64,000 nucleotides of DNA from Felis catus (taxonomy: Eukaryota): the NCBI RefSeq assembly GCF_018350175.1, contig NC_058368.1:59150001-59214000 (forward strand). The letters run 5' to 3'. Shown here piece after piece: positions 26,187 to 39,188 of this stretch (within the stretch, counting starts at the first letter, position 1; every line of letters starts with the position of its first letter). The notes beneath the pieces were generated by a model. That model did no database searches, was not told the origin of the DNA, and saw nothing but the letters and a program-made list of their open reading frames with translations. Position numbers and translations under genes: made by a program.

Positions 26187-28320
26187 CAAGTTATAATGTT
26201 ACAGTTCCAGTCTGAACAGCCAGCTCCAACATATCATTATAGTTCTTGAAACAAATGAGTCATGTTTTCAGCAATTACTACCATTTTCAGTCTGACAAGG
26301 GTATGGTTTTCATTGCAAAATCTACCCAACTATGGACTTGCAGTCAAGGTTTTCAAGGAAGCTTTCATGCTTTTTACACTCTTAAGTCATCTTGAACTAC
26401 TTTACCTCTCTCCTGGTCCACATATCCAACCAAGGCTGTTTAGCTCTTTAATTTAGAAGTGCACAGATAAATAATTTCTAGACCTCTTTCCAATATAATG
26501 ATCAAAACAAGAGTGGTGATGAGTCAAGTAAATCAATTTTGAAAATGTGGGATTTCACCATGGTCAATCCAGAGCATGATTTATCTTTCCCTTAACACTA
26601 ACCCCAAACTTGTATGGATGCTGCATCCTGGCTAAAAAGGTCCCTGCAAGGGACCTTATTTTACTCCTTGATTGTTTTATTAGATTGACATTGTTGTAGG
26701 TCATAAAGATAACATTTTGTTTGAATGTACTTCTCATATCCTTTTCCTACACTGATCATAATGGATATCTATAGTTTCATAAAAATTTCCTTCCAAATAA
26801 TTGCAATTAGTCCATCCAGAGCAAAGGCCTACATGCAAGTAAGGGAAGATTGGAGAAAAATAATGTGTTAGCTACCTGAATGAGACAAAACAATTTCATG
26901 ATTGTAGAGTGAGAACAACATCTTGTCAGCGAGAAAGTAATCCCTCAGAACCTGGAAGATACAAGGAAGAGAGGACTGTTGTGTTCTTTGTATTTCAGTG
27001 TTGCCCTTCCTCATTAAGGAAAACATACTGGAGCAATTTCTCCAATATACTTCCTGAACCTTACATTTAAATGACCACTAAGTTTCCCATCATTTGCAGG
27101 ACAACTCTGATCAAGACTTGATCACTGTTCCAGTAAGCTTCCCAAGAAGACTTTAACAAACAAGAAATGATGACCTCAGTTCCTACTCCTCTTCACAAAT
27201 ATTTGTAAAATCAATCTTCTGTATGTCATCCCATTGGACAAACAAGTATCACTTGGGTAAGTATGTGGAAAAATAGGACAGGTTGTACATTCCCTCTAAA
27301 ACCAAGAATTAGACTCAATTATTAAAACTAAACTGGGAACCCTAAAACCTACCATTTTTCTAGATGGTTGCTTTGGATGATCTGTGACCACTGAATGATA
27401 AGGTGCCCCTTTGGGGGTTCTCAAAATTGAGAGCAACTCTGTCATTTCAGGGGTAGCATGAATACTGCTGGGCCTGTGTTTCTTGTACGAAACCAGGCAT
27501 AACTTCTCTCCTTCCTGAAATCCTGAAACTTGCACCTTTGGAGAAATACCTTAAATGTTGAAGGAAACATCACAGGTAGAATCCCAGATGAATATGGAGA
27601 GCTATCCAAAATGGTACTACTTTTAGTTACTCTAGGAAGCTTCCTGGAATGATAACTGGCTTTTTTTTAATGTGAATTCTGCTGGCAGTTATTCCTACCA
27701 TGGGAGTGATTTCTGTTAAAATATGTGGTAAGAAATGTGTTCCTTTCTTTGGCTGAAGTGATTAATGATCTCACCTTGACCATGGAAGTCATTCAGGTTA
27801 ATCTCAATTCTCTGTTCATGATTGTAATGGGTGATAGAATTTCCCTAGATTTCTTTGTGATCCAAGGAAAAGCCCATGCATTGCTAATATATCCTTTTGT
27901 ACCTGGATTAATGCCCTAGGCCAAGGTAAAGATCAATACAAAACTTAAAAAGAAAGCCACTTGAATTTCTAAGGGAGACCCAGATGGTGTGTAATTTGTT
28001 CAGTTAGTTTGGTTTAGAGACTCTGAAGGGTAAACTAGGTAGATAAAATACAGGACACTCATTTAAATTTTGAGTATCAGGTAAACAACAAATAATGTTT
28101 TCACAGAGGTGTGCTCTATGTAATGTGTAGGACATGCTTATATTAAATAACTGTTTATGTCAAATTCAAATTAGCTGGGTATACTGTATTTTTATTTGCT
28201 AAATTTAGCAACTCTACATGAAGGATACAGTTGAAGTAAATATTGCAGGGTGGCCTCATCCTAGTTCTTGTAGTCCTATTGATATTTCCCTTAATTTAAT
28301 ATTGCATGAGCAAATTGAAT
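26187..28320 (+). pseudogene. env: Ancient ERV internal region, right part: integrase C-terminus and gamma-type env relic
   Basis: KGPY near 26648. Fusion-peptide-like RKLPGMITGFFL*ILLAVIPTMGV at about 27636; VRNVFLSLA; immunosuppressive-domain-like LNSLFMIVMGDRISLDFF; shifted-frame IANISFCTWIN (degenerate CX6CC region) at about 27880-27912; hydrophobic anchor ILQGGLILVLVVLLIFPLI at about 28240-28296. Confidence 0.8.
28028..28216. mobile_element. MER53-like palindromic hAT MITE inserted in the env relic
   Basis: AGATAAAATACAGGACAC..TTAAATTTTGA..TCAGGTAAACAAC on one arm and TCAAATTCAAATTAGCTGGGTATACTGTATTTTTATTTGCTAAATTTAGCAACTCTA on the other, matching the MER53 consensus as I recall it. Confidence 0.8.
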
Positions 28321-31300
28321 GGATTTGATCTCAGCTTCTTTGGACACATTACTCAGAATAGCATATTCATGGATAATTCACCTGAAGCCAAGACATTGTA
28401 GGAACAATGGATGGATATTTTTGAGAGACAATTTTCCATTGCATGAAAGTGCATTTTTTAATATAGCTATTTCAAACGGTTCGTTTTGTATACATCTATT
28501 TTTGTCTGTGTTATGTACTTTACATTTAAATTCCATAGGAGTCAAGGATAATTTGTTTTTTGTACCCAGGTTTTAGAGAATGTTTGTAATATTATAGCTG
28601 TCTAATAAATATTTTAGAATAAATTTATAAATATATGAATGAAACAAAATAAATGAATAAATTACTATGCAAATATAATTACTATCACATACATAGGATT
28701 TATATTTTTTTCCATCAGGATAATTTATTCACAACTAAAACATCTACACATAAATATGTTTGTTGATTATCATCTAAATATTTTGAAATATGACACTGAT
28801 GGTTCATTCAAGCATGATGGTTAAAAATGAAATTCAATATAATCTGGATTAATGTGGTGTCATACCTAAGTGGGATTAGTTAGAAGGCTCAAGAAACAAT
28901 TTCTAATGTATTATTGCAATTTGACCTATAATGGATTAATATAAAGGGAGTAAGCATTACTGAGTATCTGCTCAAATGTTCTTTGAGAATGCCTGATCAA
29001 AATAGGCTTGGTTTCTTGGCAACTAAGATTTTACCATATACTTATTATATAGCAGTTGTTAAAATATATTATATTTTTCTGTTTTCTATGTAGGCTTTTC
29101 TCTTTTCTATGTTGGCTGTTGGGTTGTAGAGATAGATAGAGTAAGTGCTCTAATCTGATACGATCATTATTGACAAACTCTAGCCTTGGGTGATTGCACT
29201 TCACTCCAAACAAAGCGATTATTGACTTATAAACTCCATTTAAATCATGTGATTCCATACATTAATTGTAAATCAGTTTTCTGTTTTAGCTATAGTGATT
29301 TCAAGAGTTCTTTTCAAAAATTTTAGTCAAGGTTCCAAGTACAATCATTCTGATCTGTTCATATGCCACATTTATGGATCCTTAGCAACACAGTGTATAC
29401 ATCACTGCAAAGATTTAATGTGTAAAATTAACACAAACTATTGAGTTAAAATCTATCTCAGTCATTGGGCTCAAGTCTAAAACTTTACATAAATCACTTT
29501 CTGCATTGCCCAAGTCCATAATCCTTTTGTACTCTATCCTAAACTGTCCCTGTGACTCCACTCCCCACCCTTGCCTTAATTATTCTGACTTCATAACTTG
29601 ATTTGTACATATTACTCTGCTTCCAACTGAAATTCCATCTCAGTTATGATCCTGCTATGCACAGGAAAGAATTCTCAATCATAGCCAGGAGATACTTCAG
29701 ACTCTTCTTAATCTGACAAGTAAGCCAATTAAAATAAGTAAAATTGGTGTGTTCTAGGTGATCATGAGGATATGAGGGCACAATATCTAAGGGATGGGTT
29801 TTATATTTCCATCTTTTTAAAAATTTTTTTTGGCTGTGCTTAATCAATTTAAAAGAGACAGTGTATAGTACCTTTCCCTAACCCAAAGAGAGTTCTGTCT
29901 CCCATCACTTCTTTTTCTAAAAGTGAGATTCCACCCTAGTAATCATCTTTATTTTTATAGACAGAATAAATATTATATCTATACAATAGATAAAAATAGA
30001 TAGGATAAAAATCTCTACTCTAAAAGAGTAGAAAAGATATAAGATGTTGACCCAGAAGTGCAAATGAAACTACAGACTTGAATGGAATATTTAAGATTAA
30101 GAAGAAAAAAAAATTTTGAATTAGGAAATGGGAGCAATAAATGTCCTTTGGATATTTGCCATGTTTTGTCCCTACTAATATATCATGTGGCTTCACCAAT
30201 TTGTGCATAAATATCACCCAAAAGATATAAATTTCAACTTATTAGGAAGTTCCTTTTTGGGACCTACATAAGTGACATTCTCTCTGCAGGTTTATTTTCA
30301 AACTTGTTTTGCGTTATTTGCAGCTCGTAATGGGGGGTCCCTTATACCATTGCAAGAAATGACTGACAGAAGGCATTGTTTCATACTCTCTTTGATGCAG
30401 TTGGCGTGAGACTTGGAGTTTAAAAGAGCCCTTTGTAAGTAAAAGGTTGAATAGTATGAAAGACGGTCTATACAGCCTCTAAGTATTCCTAAGGGGATTT
30501 GTTCCTGCTTTTCAAAATCTGCCCTTTTGACAAACGAAAATGATTTCAAAAGAAAATGATTACCAACATGGTACATTTCACTATAGATGAACAGTGAGCT
30601 ATACATTGAGATAAAGGTCAACTGTGGTTAGTGGTTAACTCTGCAGGAGCCAGCAAATCAAAAAAAAAAAAATCACTGTTGAAGAAAGAAATGTGTTTCT
30701 CACCAAATCCTTTGTCTCCCTCTAATAAGAAAGAATTCAAGCCTATTAGCTTTAATAGTAATTACTAGTAACATTCCATTAGTTATCTTTTAATTGAAAT
30801 AGTGAATAAGTTTGAGTAGCACTATACTTTGACTCTAGCAAATTCTTCTGTACTCTATCCCAAGAGCTCTCTTGCACTATAGTGGATTTTAGAAGTAATT
30901 TAGAACTAAAGCTTGGGAATGTCCTTTCCTTATAGAGGAATGTCCTTTGACATTTTATTTACAGAGAATTGTGTCATCAGAACTGAGTAAATATCATATC
31001 TACAATGTATTCCAGAACCTTAAAATAGGTAGAGTTTCCAGTTTTCTCAATATTTCTTTTACATTTTAGTGACTTCAAGCCTTTATTGGACCAATTATTA
31101 TTATTATTATTATTATTTGTGTTCCTACAGTGGGGTTTGACTCTTAATTGTATATATTTAGATCAGTGATGAAAATATCATGTCACTTAAAGTTTAGAAA
31201 TTTGAAACATTCTTACATTATTGTTGGAAGTTTGAATTGATTAATCACCTTTTAGAAATGCTTTCATGAAATATATGTGAAGATACTTAAAAAATCGACC

Positions 31301-31585
31301 CCAGATATTTTGTCAGGAAGAAACTGATGAAACAAACAAAAATTTGGTCCATCTACAGCTCAGTTTCTGAGAACACAACCTCGAACCAATCCAAGAATGA
31401 AAAAATGGTCAAGCCAAATTTGGGAAACCATGAAAGAGTCAACTTGAACTCTTTTGCACCGAGAGGCCTTCCCTTACTACTTTGTCTAAAATTTGTCTCC
31501 ACCCTTCCATATACTGTGTTTCTTACATCTCTTCTGGGACTTTGGCTGTGTTCACTCAGTAACAGTTCTATCCATCTCCTGCTCT

Positions 31586-31837
31586 CCATCTGGTGCTTAG
31601 TGAGAGTCCACCTCCTGGTTCATAGATGGCTATGTTCTCATTGTGTTCTCACATAAGGCAAAAGTAGTGAGGAAGCTCCCTGAGTTCTCTTTTGTAAAGG
31701 CACTAACCCCATTCATGAGGGCTCCACTCTCATGACCTAATAATCTCCCAAATACCCCACTTCCAAAAAGTACTACATTGGGGATTAGGCTTCAACATAC
31801 AAGTAGAGGTAGGGGCATAAACATTCAGTGTGTAGCA
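31586..31837 (-). mobile_element. MaLR LTR fragment (MLT1A-like)
   Basis: GGCACTAACCCCATTCATGAGGGCTCCACTCTCATGACCTAATAATCTCCCAAA..CATTGGGGATTAGG..CATTCAGTGTGTAGCA. Confidence 0.8.
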
Positions 31838-34297
31838 TAGTTCCTGACAGACCTGTCATGACTCCAGCTGCTTCAAGCGACTCTGGTCTCTGCGTTCCTA
31901 TAACACTGCATCTTCCATTTGTCCCTCCACCCTATGAGTAAAATAAGCATACTACCACTAGGCTCTCGATTGATTCAAACACTGATTCAACAAACCAACC
32001 TACCACATTAATAACCAATGCACTACATTTCCTCTCCTTTAAATACTCAGAGAGGTTTTTCCCTGACTCAACTGTAACTAAAAAATTAGTGTTTATCTAA
32101 AATTGTCTTACAAATATCCTTTTATAATTTATTGTTATGTAAGCATTATAATTATTTCATGGGAACACTACCACTAGACCTTAGAGTTTCTGTAAGTAAG
32201 TTCCATTTCCAATTTTCAAAGAGCTTTTGGGAAGTTTCTACTTCCTAATTTACGATCCTTCACCACTGTTGTCTAAATCATGTTAAAGCTGTGGTAGTAC
32301 TTTAAGCGCTTCTGAGAGACTGCATTAACCACCTTATGAGAAAATATTGTCTCAATAAGTTGGTTTCTTTTTCTTGTCTCTTAGTTGGTTTCCTTTTCTT
32401 AGTCTGTTAGTATTTCAATTTATTTTTCAGTTCTCATATTATAAAGTATGTGTATTCATATGTGTCCTCTAATTCAAATTTATATTTAAAGTAAAATATC
32501 AGTAACCATAGGGATGATGTAGTGGGCATTTTTACTTTAATTTGATTTAAATTAGGAGACTGACCTGATATCTGTCTAAAATATTTTCTCTCAAGGATTT
32601 TTATAATCATGGAGTTATAAGAAAAAAAAGTGAATTGAGGACTACTTGAAATCATTACCCAAATAATACTTGACATTATTCAAAAACTCATTTTGTCCAT
32701 TACCTATCTTTAATAAACTAAATTAGTACAAATTAAGTTGAGGTATTTTTATGTTATAGAGAAGAACCATCTAAAATTGGTTTTTATTATCTATGTGTTT
32801 ATTTATGTTTATAATAATATTATTTATGTATTTATTTATTTTGAGCCATAGAACACATGAAGGCAATTTCCTGATGACATATAAATTTCCTTCAAATGGC
32901 GTGATAAATAACAATGATAATGGAGTTAATAGTGCTATTTATATATTCACTAGAGTCAGTGGACACCTGAAATGTTTAGAAACATATACCATGGAGTAAC
33001 TAATTAATGCAATTTACTAATAATTATTTAAATTTAATGCAAAAAATAAACCAAAGCGACTTGTAATATTCACTGCTAAATTTAATTTAACATAGTTTAT
33101 ATATACTCAGAAATCTGCCTTAAAAAGGGTTTTCCTCCACACCAGGAAAGTGTGATTTCACTGTCACACATTAACAACATGATGCTACATTTGTACTTTG
33201 TTTGATATACACACCATTTTGTTTTGCTTGAAAAAAATGGTAGGTCATTGTTGTAAGTAGCCAATTTATGTTTGAAGCATCCAGAAACAATGGTTCCACA
33301 AATCAAGCTTAAGGAGTCTTGGCTCAGACTGCTACTCTCCTCCAACCCATTCCAATTGATGAACACCACCTGTGGCACTCCTAATTCACAGCAGCAGGCA
33401 ATAATTTCCCTTGGATACCCATTACCAGTAATTATTCCCAAGATAGGCTATTAGATATGGCTTGTGAATATCTCAGCTGTAAACTTGAAAAAATTAATTC
33501 TAATATTTCCTTTGAGATTCATTTGTAGCTTAGTGACAACATAAATTAGTGAAATTCTCTTTTAAAAAAGTAACAAATTATAGGCTTATTTTTAGAAAAA
33601 GTGATAAAATTATAATAATATATTTGCATATTTTGCAGGGTTCTTATGTGATTATCTTAAAATACAGAAACAGTTGGAAATCTTGTAGATAAGGTAACAT
33701 GAAGCAGTTGATAGTTAATTGTTTTGGTTTTTTCCTTCCATATTAGAGATTTCCAAAAATTTGGCTTAGTGTGTGACAATTATATGTGGTTTTGCAAAAA
33801 CATCATTGCAAAAAGGGAAAGAAAAAAAACATATAACAAAGCATTAAACACAGTTTACACCCTAATTGCCTTTGGAAACTTACATTAACTGAATTTAAAG
33901 ACATGATGCTAAATTTGCAAAAATTTTAAGTGGTTGCTTTGAATATTCCTTTATTAAATAATAAATTGTAGAACAATGCAATATATAATTGTATGTAAGC
34001 ACCATCTGTTTGCAAACTTTTTAAATATTTTTTTAAATGATACACTTCTGGTCTCTTATTTTTACAGAGTACATATATTTGGGTCTTTTTATGTCCTTGC
34101 TCTACTTTGGCAGTTAGAGCAGTTGTAGTAAATGGTACACATATTTCACACAAAAACTTGTGAAATGTGTATTCATAAGTTCTTCTAGTCTGCCACAAAA
34201 TGCTGACAAAATGTATGACAGTTCACAAGTATCCATTCCTTAGTGTTCTCCACGAAAGAGAAGTTACTGTGGTTAAGTTATAACCAATATGTATGAA

Positions 34298-37200
34298 CTG
34301 GCTAGTGGTTTATCAATTTTGTTAATTCTTTCAAAGAACCAGCTTCTGGTTTCATTGATCTGTTCTACTGTTTTTTTGGTTTCAATAGCATTAATTTCTG
34401 CTCTAATCTTTATTATTTCCTGTCTTCTGCTGGTTTTGGGTTTTATTTGCTGTTCTTTTTCCAGCTCTTTAAGGTGTAAGGTTAGGTTGTATATCTGAGA
34501 ACTTTCTTCCTTCTTTAGAAGGCCTGGATTGCTATATATTTTTCCCTTATGACTGCCTTTGCTGTGTCCCAGAGGTTTGGGGTTGTGGTGTTATCATTTT
34601 CATTGGCTTCCATATACTTTTTAATTTCCTCTTTAACTTTTTGGTTAGCCCATTCATTCTTTAGTAGGATGTTCTTAAGTCTCCAAGTATGTGCTATCTT
34701 TCCATATTTTTTCTTATGGTTGATTTCGAGTTTCATAGTGATGTGGTCTGAAAAAATGCACGGTATGATCTTGATCTTTTAGTACTTGCTGAGGGCTGAT
34801 CTGTGTCCCAGTATGTGGTCTATTCTGGAGAATGTTCCATGTGCACTGGAGAAGAATGTATATTCCAATGCTTTAGGATGAAATGTTTTGAATATATCTG
34901 TTAAATCCATCTGGTCTAGTATGTCATTCAAAGCCGTTGTTTCCTTGTTGATTTTTGATTAGATGATTTGTCCATTGCTGTGAGTGGGGTGTTGAAGTCT
35001 CCTACTATTAAGGTATTACTATCAATGAGTTTCTTTATGGTTGTGATTAAGTGATTTATATATTTGGGTGCTCTCACATATGGCGCATGAATGTTTACAA
35101 TTGTTAGGTCTTCTTGGTGGATAGACCCCTGAATTATGATATAATGCCCTTCTTCATCTATTGATACAGTGTTTATTTTAAAGTCTAGATTGTCTGATGT
35201 AAGTATGGCTACTCCGGCTTTCTTTTGTTGACCATTAGCGTCATAGATGGTTCTCCATCTCCTGACTCTCAATCTGAAGGTATCTTTAGGTCTAAATTGG
35301 GTCTCTTGTAAATAGCTTATAACTGGATCTTATTTTCTTATCCATTCTGTTACTCTATGCCTTTTGATTGGAGCATTGAGTCCATTGACGTTTAGAGTGA
35401 ATACTGATAGATAAGAATTTATTGCCATTATGATGGTTGTAGAGTTGGAATTTCTGGTGGTGTTCTCTGGTCCTTTCTAGTCTGTGTTGCTTTTGGTATT
35501 TATTTATTTATTTATTTATTCATTGATTCATTGATTCGTTCATTCATTCATTCATCTTTTCTCCCCTCAGAGAGTCCCCCTTAAAATTTCTTGCAGGGCT
35601 GGTCATAGACTCCTTTAATTTTTGTTTGGGAAACTTTTTATCTCTCCTTCTATTTTGAATGACAGCCTTGATGGATAAAGAGTTCTTGGCTGCATATTTT
35701 TCCCATTCAGCACATTGAATATATCTTGAATATACTCCTTTCTGGCCTGCCAAGTTTCTGTGGATAGGTCTGCTGCAAACCTGATCTATCTTCCCTTGTA
35801 GGTTAGGGACTTTTCTCTCCTTGCCTGAGTATTTTGTGGATTTGACTATGATATGCCTTGTTGATGGTCGGTTTTTGTTTAATCTAATGGGAATCCTCTG
35901 TGCCTCCTGGATTTTGATGTCTGTGTCTTTCCCCAGGTTAAGAAAGTTTTCTGCTACAATTTGCTTGCATAACCCTTCTACCCCTATTTCTCTCTCTTCC
36001 TCTTCTGGGACCCCTATGAATCTGATATTGTTCCTTTTTAATGAGTCACTTATTTCTCTAATTCTTAAATTGTGCTCTTTTGCCTTAATCTCCCTCTTTT
36101 TTTCTGCTTCATTATTCCCCATAAGTTTGTCCTTTATATAGCTAATTCTCTGTTCTGCCTCATCCATCCTTGCCGCCGTGGCATCCATTTGAGATTGCAG
36201 CTCAGTTATAGCATTTTTTATTTCATCCTGACTAGATTTTACTTCTTTTATCTCCACAGAAAGGGATTCTAATCTATTTTCGACTCCAGCTAGTATTCTT
36301 ATTATCATGATTCTAAATTCTGGTTCAGACATCTTGCTTGTATCTGTGTTGGTTAAGTCCCTGGCTGTCGTTTTTTCCTGCTCTTTCTTTTGGGGTGAAT
36401 TCCTTCGTTTCATCATTTTGATGGGGGAAAAGGAATTAATGAGGTAGAAAAAATTAAAAATAAAAAAATATTAACATTTAAAAAATATTAAAATTAAAAA
36501 CAAACATACACATAAAAGAATCGAATAAATGATGCTAGATCCTAGGTGTGTTTTGGTCTGGGTGTTGAAAGTGGCTTGATAGATTAGAGAAAAAAGGGGG
36601 AGAAAAGGATATCATTTGACAATTTGAAAAAAATGAATACAATGAAGTAGACTAAGATGATGGAAGTAAAATAAAATTTGTAAAAATTCGCACAAAAGTA
36701 AAAAATATAGTAGAAAAAAGTTATAGAAAAATATTTTTAATAAGAATTAAAATAAAAATGAATTTTTTCTCTTTCTGTATTCAAGAGAAGGAAAAGAAAC
36801 CAAGAGAAGAAAAAAAAAGAAAGAAAGAAAATTGAATAGATGGACCAGTTAACAGACTAAAATATGACTGAAATTACTTTGTTTTCACCTAGAAGTCAAA
36901 CTATGAAGCACTTTATAATCCGGAAACTAAGCAAGCAGTGAGACTTGTGTTCTTGAAGAGTGAAATTGGCCCAATTGAACGGGGTTTAATGTAATGGCTC
37001 TGTTCTCCACTAGATGGCGCAGCTAGCCTACTGGGGTGGATTGTGGTGGTGCTTTTAGGTGTGTATTCACATGCACAGGAGCGGTGAAAATGGTGTCACC
37101 CGGCTACCCAGTCTGTAGTATCGGAACTGTATTCTCCCCCTCAGCAATCGTGCACCTGTCCTTTGTTTTCAGCTTCCATCCACTCCCTGCTTTTACATTG

Positions 37201-38093
37201 TCCGTGACCAAGCCCCATGCAGTACCTCCCTCCCAAGTTTTGTCTCAGACGTGGCTGTTTTCCGTGACCCCTTACTTCTGAAGGACTGCAGCTTTGACCC
37301 CTTCTGCCCCTCTGTGAAGGGTCTTACAGAGCAATGGCCGGGTGCTGGCCACACCCAGGAGCGTTTGCGGGATGGTGCTGCTGCCGATACTCAGAGACTG
37401 CGACCAGGTGCCAGCCCACTCCAGAAAAAGTTCATGAGATAGTAGCAGCAGCATTTCAGGGATTATGGAAAATCACAACACACATCTGTCACCAGGCTTC
37501 ACCCTTAATGACCTTGTTCCAACACCAGCGAATGTGGCTGTTCTCTGGGGTCTGTTGGGACCAGGTTGCCTCACAGCCTCTACCCAATGTCCTTCCATCC
37601 CCGGAACTGCCTCTCCCTGTGTGGCCTAAGAACCTCCTGGACCCCACTCTGCTCCAGGGGATCGACCTTCCTACCAGAGCACCACCAGGTATAGAGCTGC
37701 AGAGTTGCAGACTCTGTGCTCCCCATGTTTACAGTCTTAATGGAATTTAATCCCTCTCCTTTCTCCCTTTTTAGTTCAGTCCCTGTGGCTTTTTCCAATT
37801 TTCCACTTTCTCTCCAGCTGCTTTTGGGGAGGGGTGCTTTTCCCATATTCTTCCCCCTCCCGCCATCTCTGTCCTCTCTCAGCATGCAAAAGTGGCTCCT
37901 CTCTCCCCATGTTCACCTGTCCATGCCACGTACCTGCTGAATTCTGTGGTTCAGGTTGTGCAGATTGTTGTGTTAATCCACAGATTAGTTTTCTACATGT
38001 GCAGGATGGATTAGTGTTGGTCTGGATGTATTTCATGGATGTGAGACACACAAACAACTTCCATGCTGTTTTGCCATCTTGGTTCCTCCCCTC
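34298..38093 (-). mobile_element. LINE-1 with 5'UTR, ORF1 and first part of ORF2; 3' part missing
   Basis: 5' end GAGGGGAGGAACCAAGATGGC on the minus strand. ORF1 35544-36416 (KRNNIRFIGVPEEEE). Endonuclease fragment 34928-35272 (GDFNTPL). Homology stops abruptly at about 34298 with no tail. Confidence 0.93.
35544..36416 (-). pseudogene. L1 ORF1p, frameshifted in its C-terminal part
   Basis: 290-aa ORF. Roughly the first 200 aa align by eye with ORF1 of the 47-53 kb element, then the frame shifts after a small deletion near 35815. Confidence 0.88.
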
Positions 38094-38110
38094 AATAATA
38101 ACCTTAATTT

Positions 38111-38114
38111 AAAT

Positions 38115-38153
<39 letters not shown>

Positions 38154-38308
38154 GAGAGCAGAGAAAGAGGGATACAGATAATCCCAAGCAACCTCTGTGC
38201 TGTCAGCACAGAGCCCCATATGGGGCTCGAACCCATGAACTGTAAGATCACAACCTGAGATGAAATCAACAGTCATATGGTTAAACAAATGAGCTTCCCA
38301 GGTGCCCC
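38111..38308 (-). mobile_element. CAN-SINE with (TTTA)n tail
   Basis: Head ends CCAGGTGCCCC. Flanks ..CTTAATTT on both sides. Confidence 0.88.
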
Positions 38309-38317
38309 AATATACTT

Positions 38318-38620
38318 AATTTTTGAGGAGTTTTAAATGTATAGAAAAATTGAGCAGAGTTCCTCCTATATACCCTCGACTCTACACAATTTCCTCTATT
38401 ACTATAATTTTACATTAGCATGGCACATTTACATCGCTTTTTGGCCTTTTGGCTAAGATCAAGTGTACATTATCATGGCACATTTGTTGTAATTAATGAA
38501 CCTATATTGATACATTATTATTAACTAAAGTCCATACTTTATTCAAATTTCCTTAGTTTTTACCTAATTTCCTTTTTCTGTTCCAGGATCCTATATGTAT
38601 AGGAAACCACATCACACTTA
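38318..38620 (-). mobile_element. Old L1MA/MB-type 3'UTR fragment hosting the U2 copy
   Basis: AGAAAAATTGAGCAGA..GGCACATTTGTTGTAATTAATGAACCTATATTGATACATTATTATTAACTAAAGTCCATAC. Related to 60445-60650. Confidence 0.7.
38433..38467 (+). pseudogene. RNU2: Tailless, 3'-truncated U2 snRNA retropseudogene (U2 nt 1-35)
   Basis: ATCGCTTTTTGGCCTTTTGGCTAAGATCAAGTGTA vs U2 ATCGCTTCTCGGCCTTTTGGCTAAGATCAAGTGTA (33/35). Flanked by a 20-bp direct repeat at 38411-38430 and 38466-38485. Confidence 0.93.
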
Positions 38621-39133
38621 GTCTTTTGCTTTTGGGTTTTTGTTTGTTTGTTTGTTTTTATTTGAATTGTAGTTAGTTAACATACAGTATAATATTAATT
38701 TCTGGTTTACAATATAGTGATTCAACACTTCCATACATCATCCGGTGCTCATCACAACAAGTACACTTTTTAATACCCATCACCTATTTAACTCATGCCC
38801 CCACTCACCTCACTTCTGGTACCTATTGGTTTATTCTCTACAGTTAAAAGTCTGTTTCTTGGTCTGCCTCTCTTTTTTCTCCCTTTGCTCATTTCTTTTG
38901 TTTCTAAAGTTCTACATGTGAGTAAAATCATGTGGTATTTTTCTTTCTCTGACTGACTTATTATGCTTGGCATAATACTCTCTAGCTCCATCCATGTCCT
39001 TGCAAATGGCAAGAATTCATTCTTTTTTTAAGGCTGAGTAATATTTCATTATAATGAAATATATATACACACATATATGTGTGTGTGTATATATATATAT
39101 AATGAAATATATATATATATACATATATGTGTG

Positions 39134-39188
<55 letters not shown>

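Noticed and set aside
26637..27125. Short perfect palindromes (26637-26657, about 27108-27124; also 4107-4130)
   Set aside because: Arms of 8-9 bp are plausible by chance in 64 kb, and they lie within decayed repeats.
27725..27919. Functional syncytin-like gene
   Set aside because: The env relic has multiple stops, frameshifts and a MITE insertion, so it cannot be coding in this species.
33639..33692. AG...GTAAC-bounded candidate exon
   Set aside because: Stop codons in all three frames.
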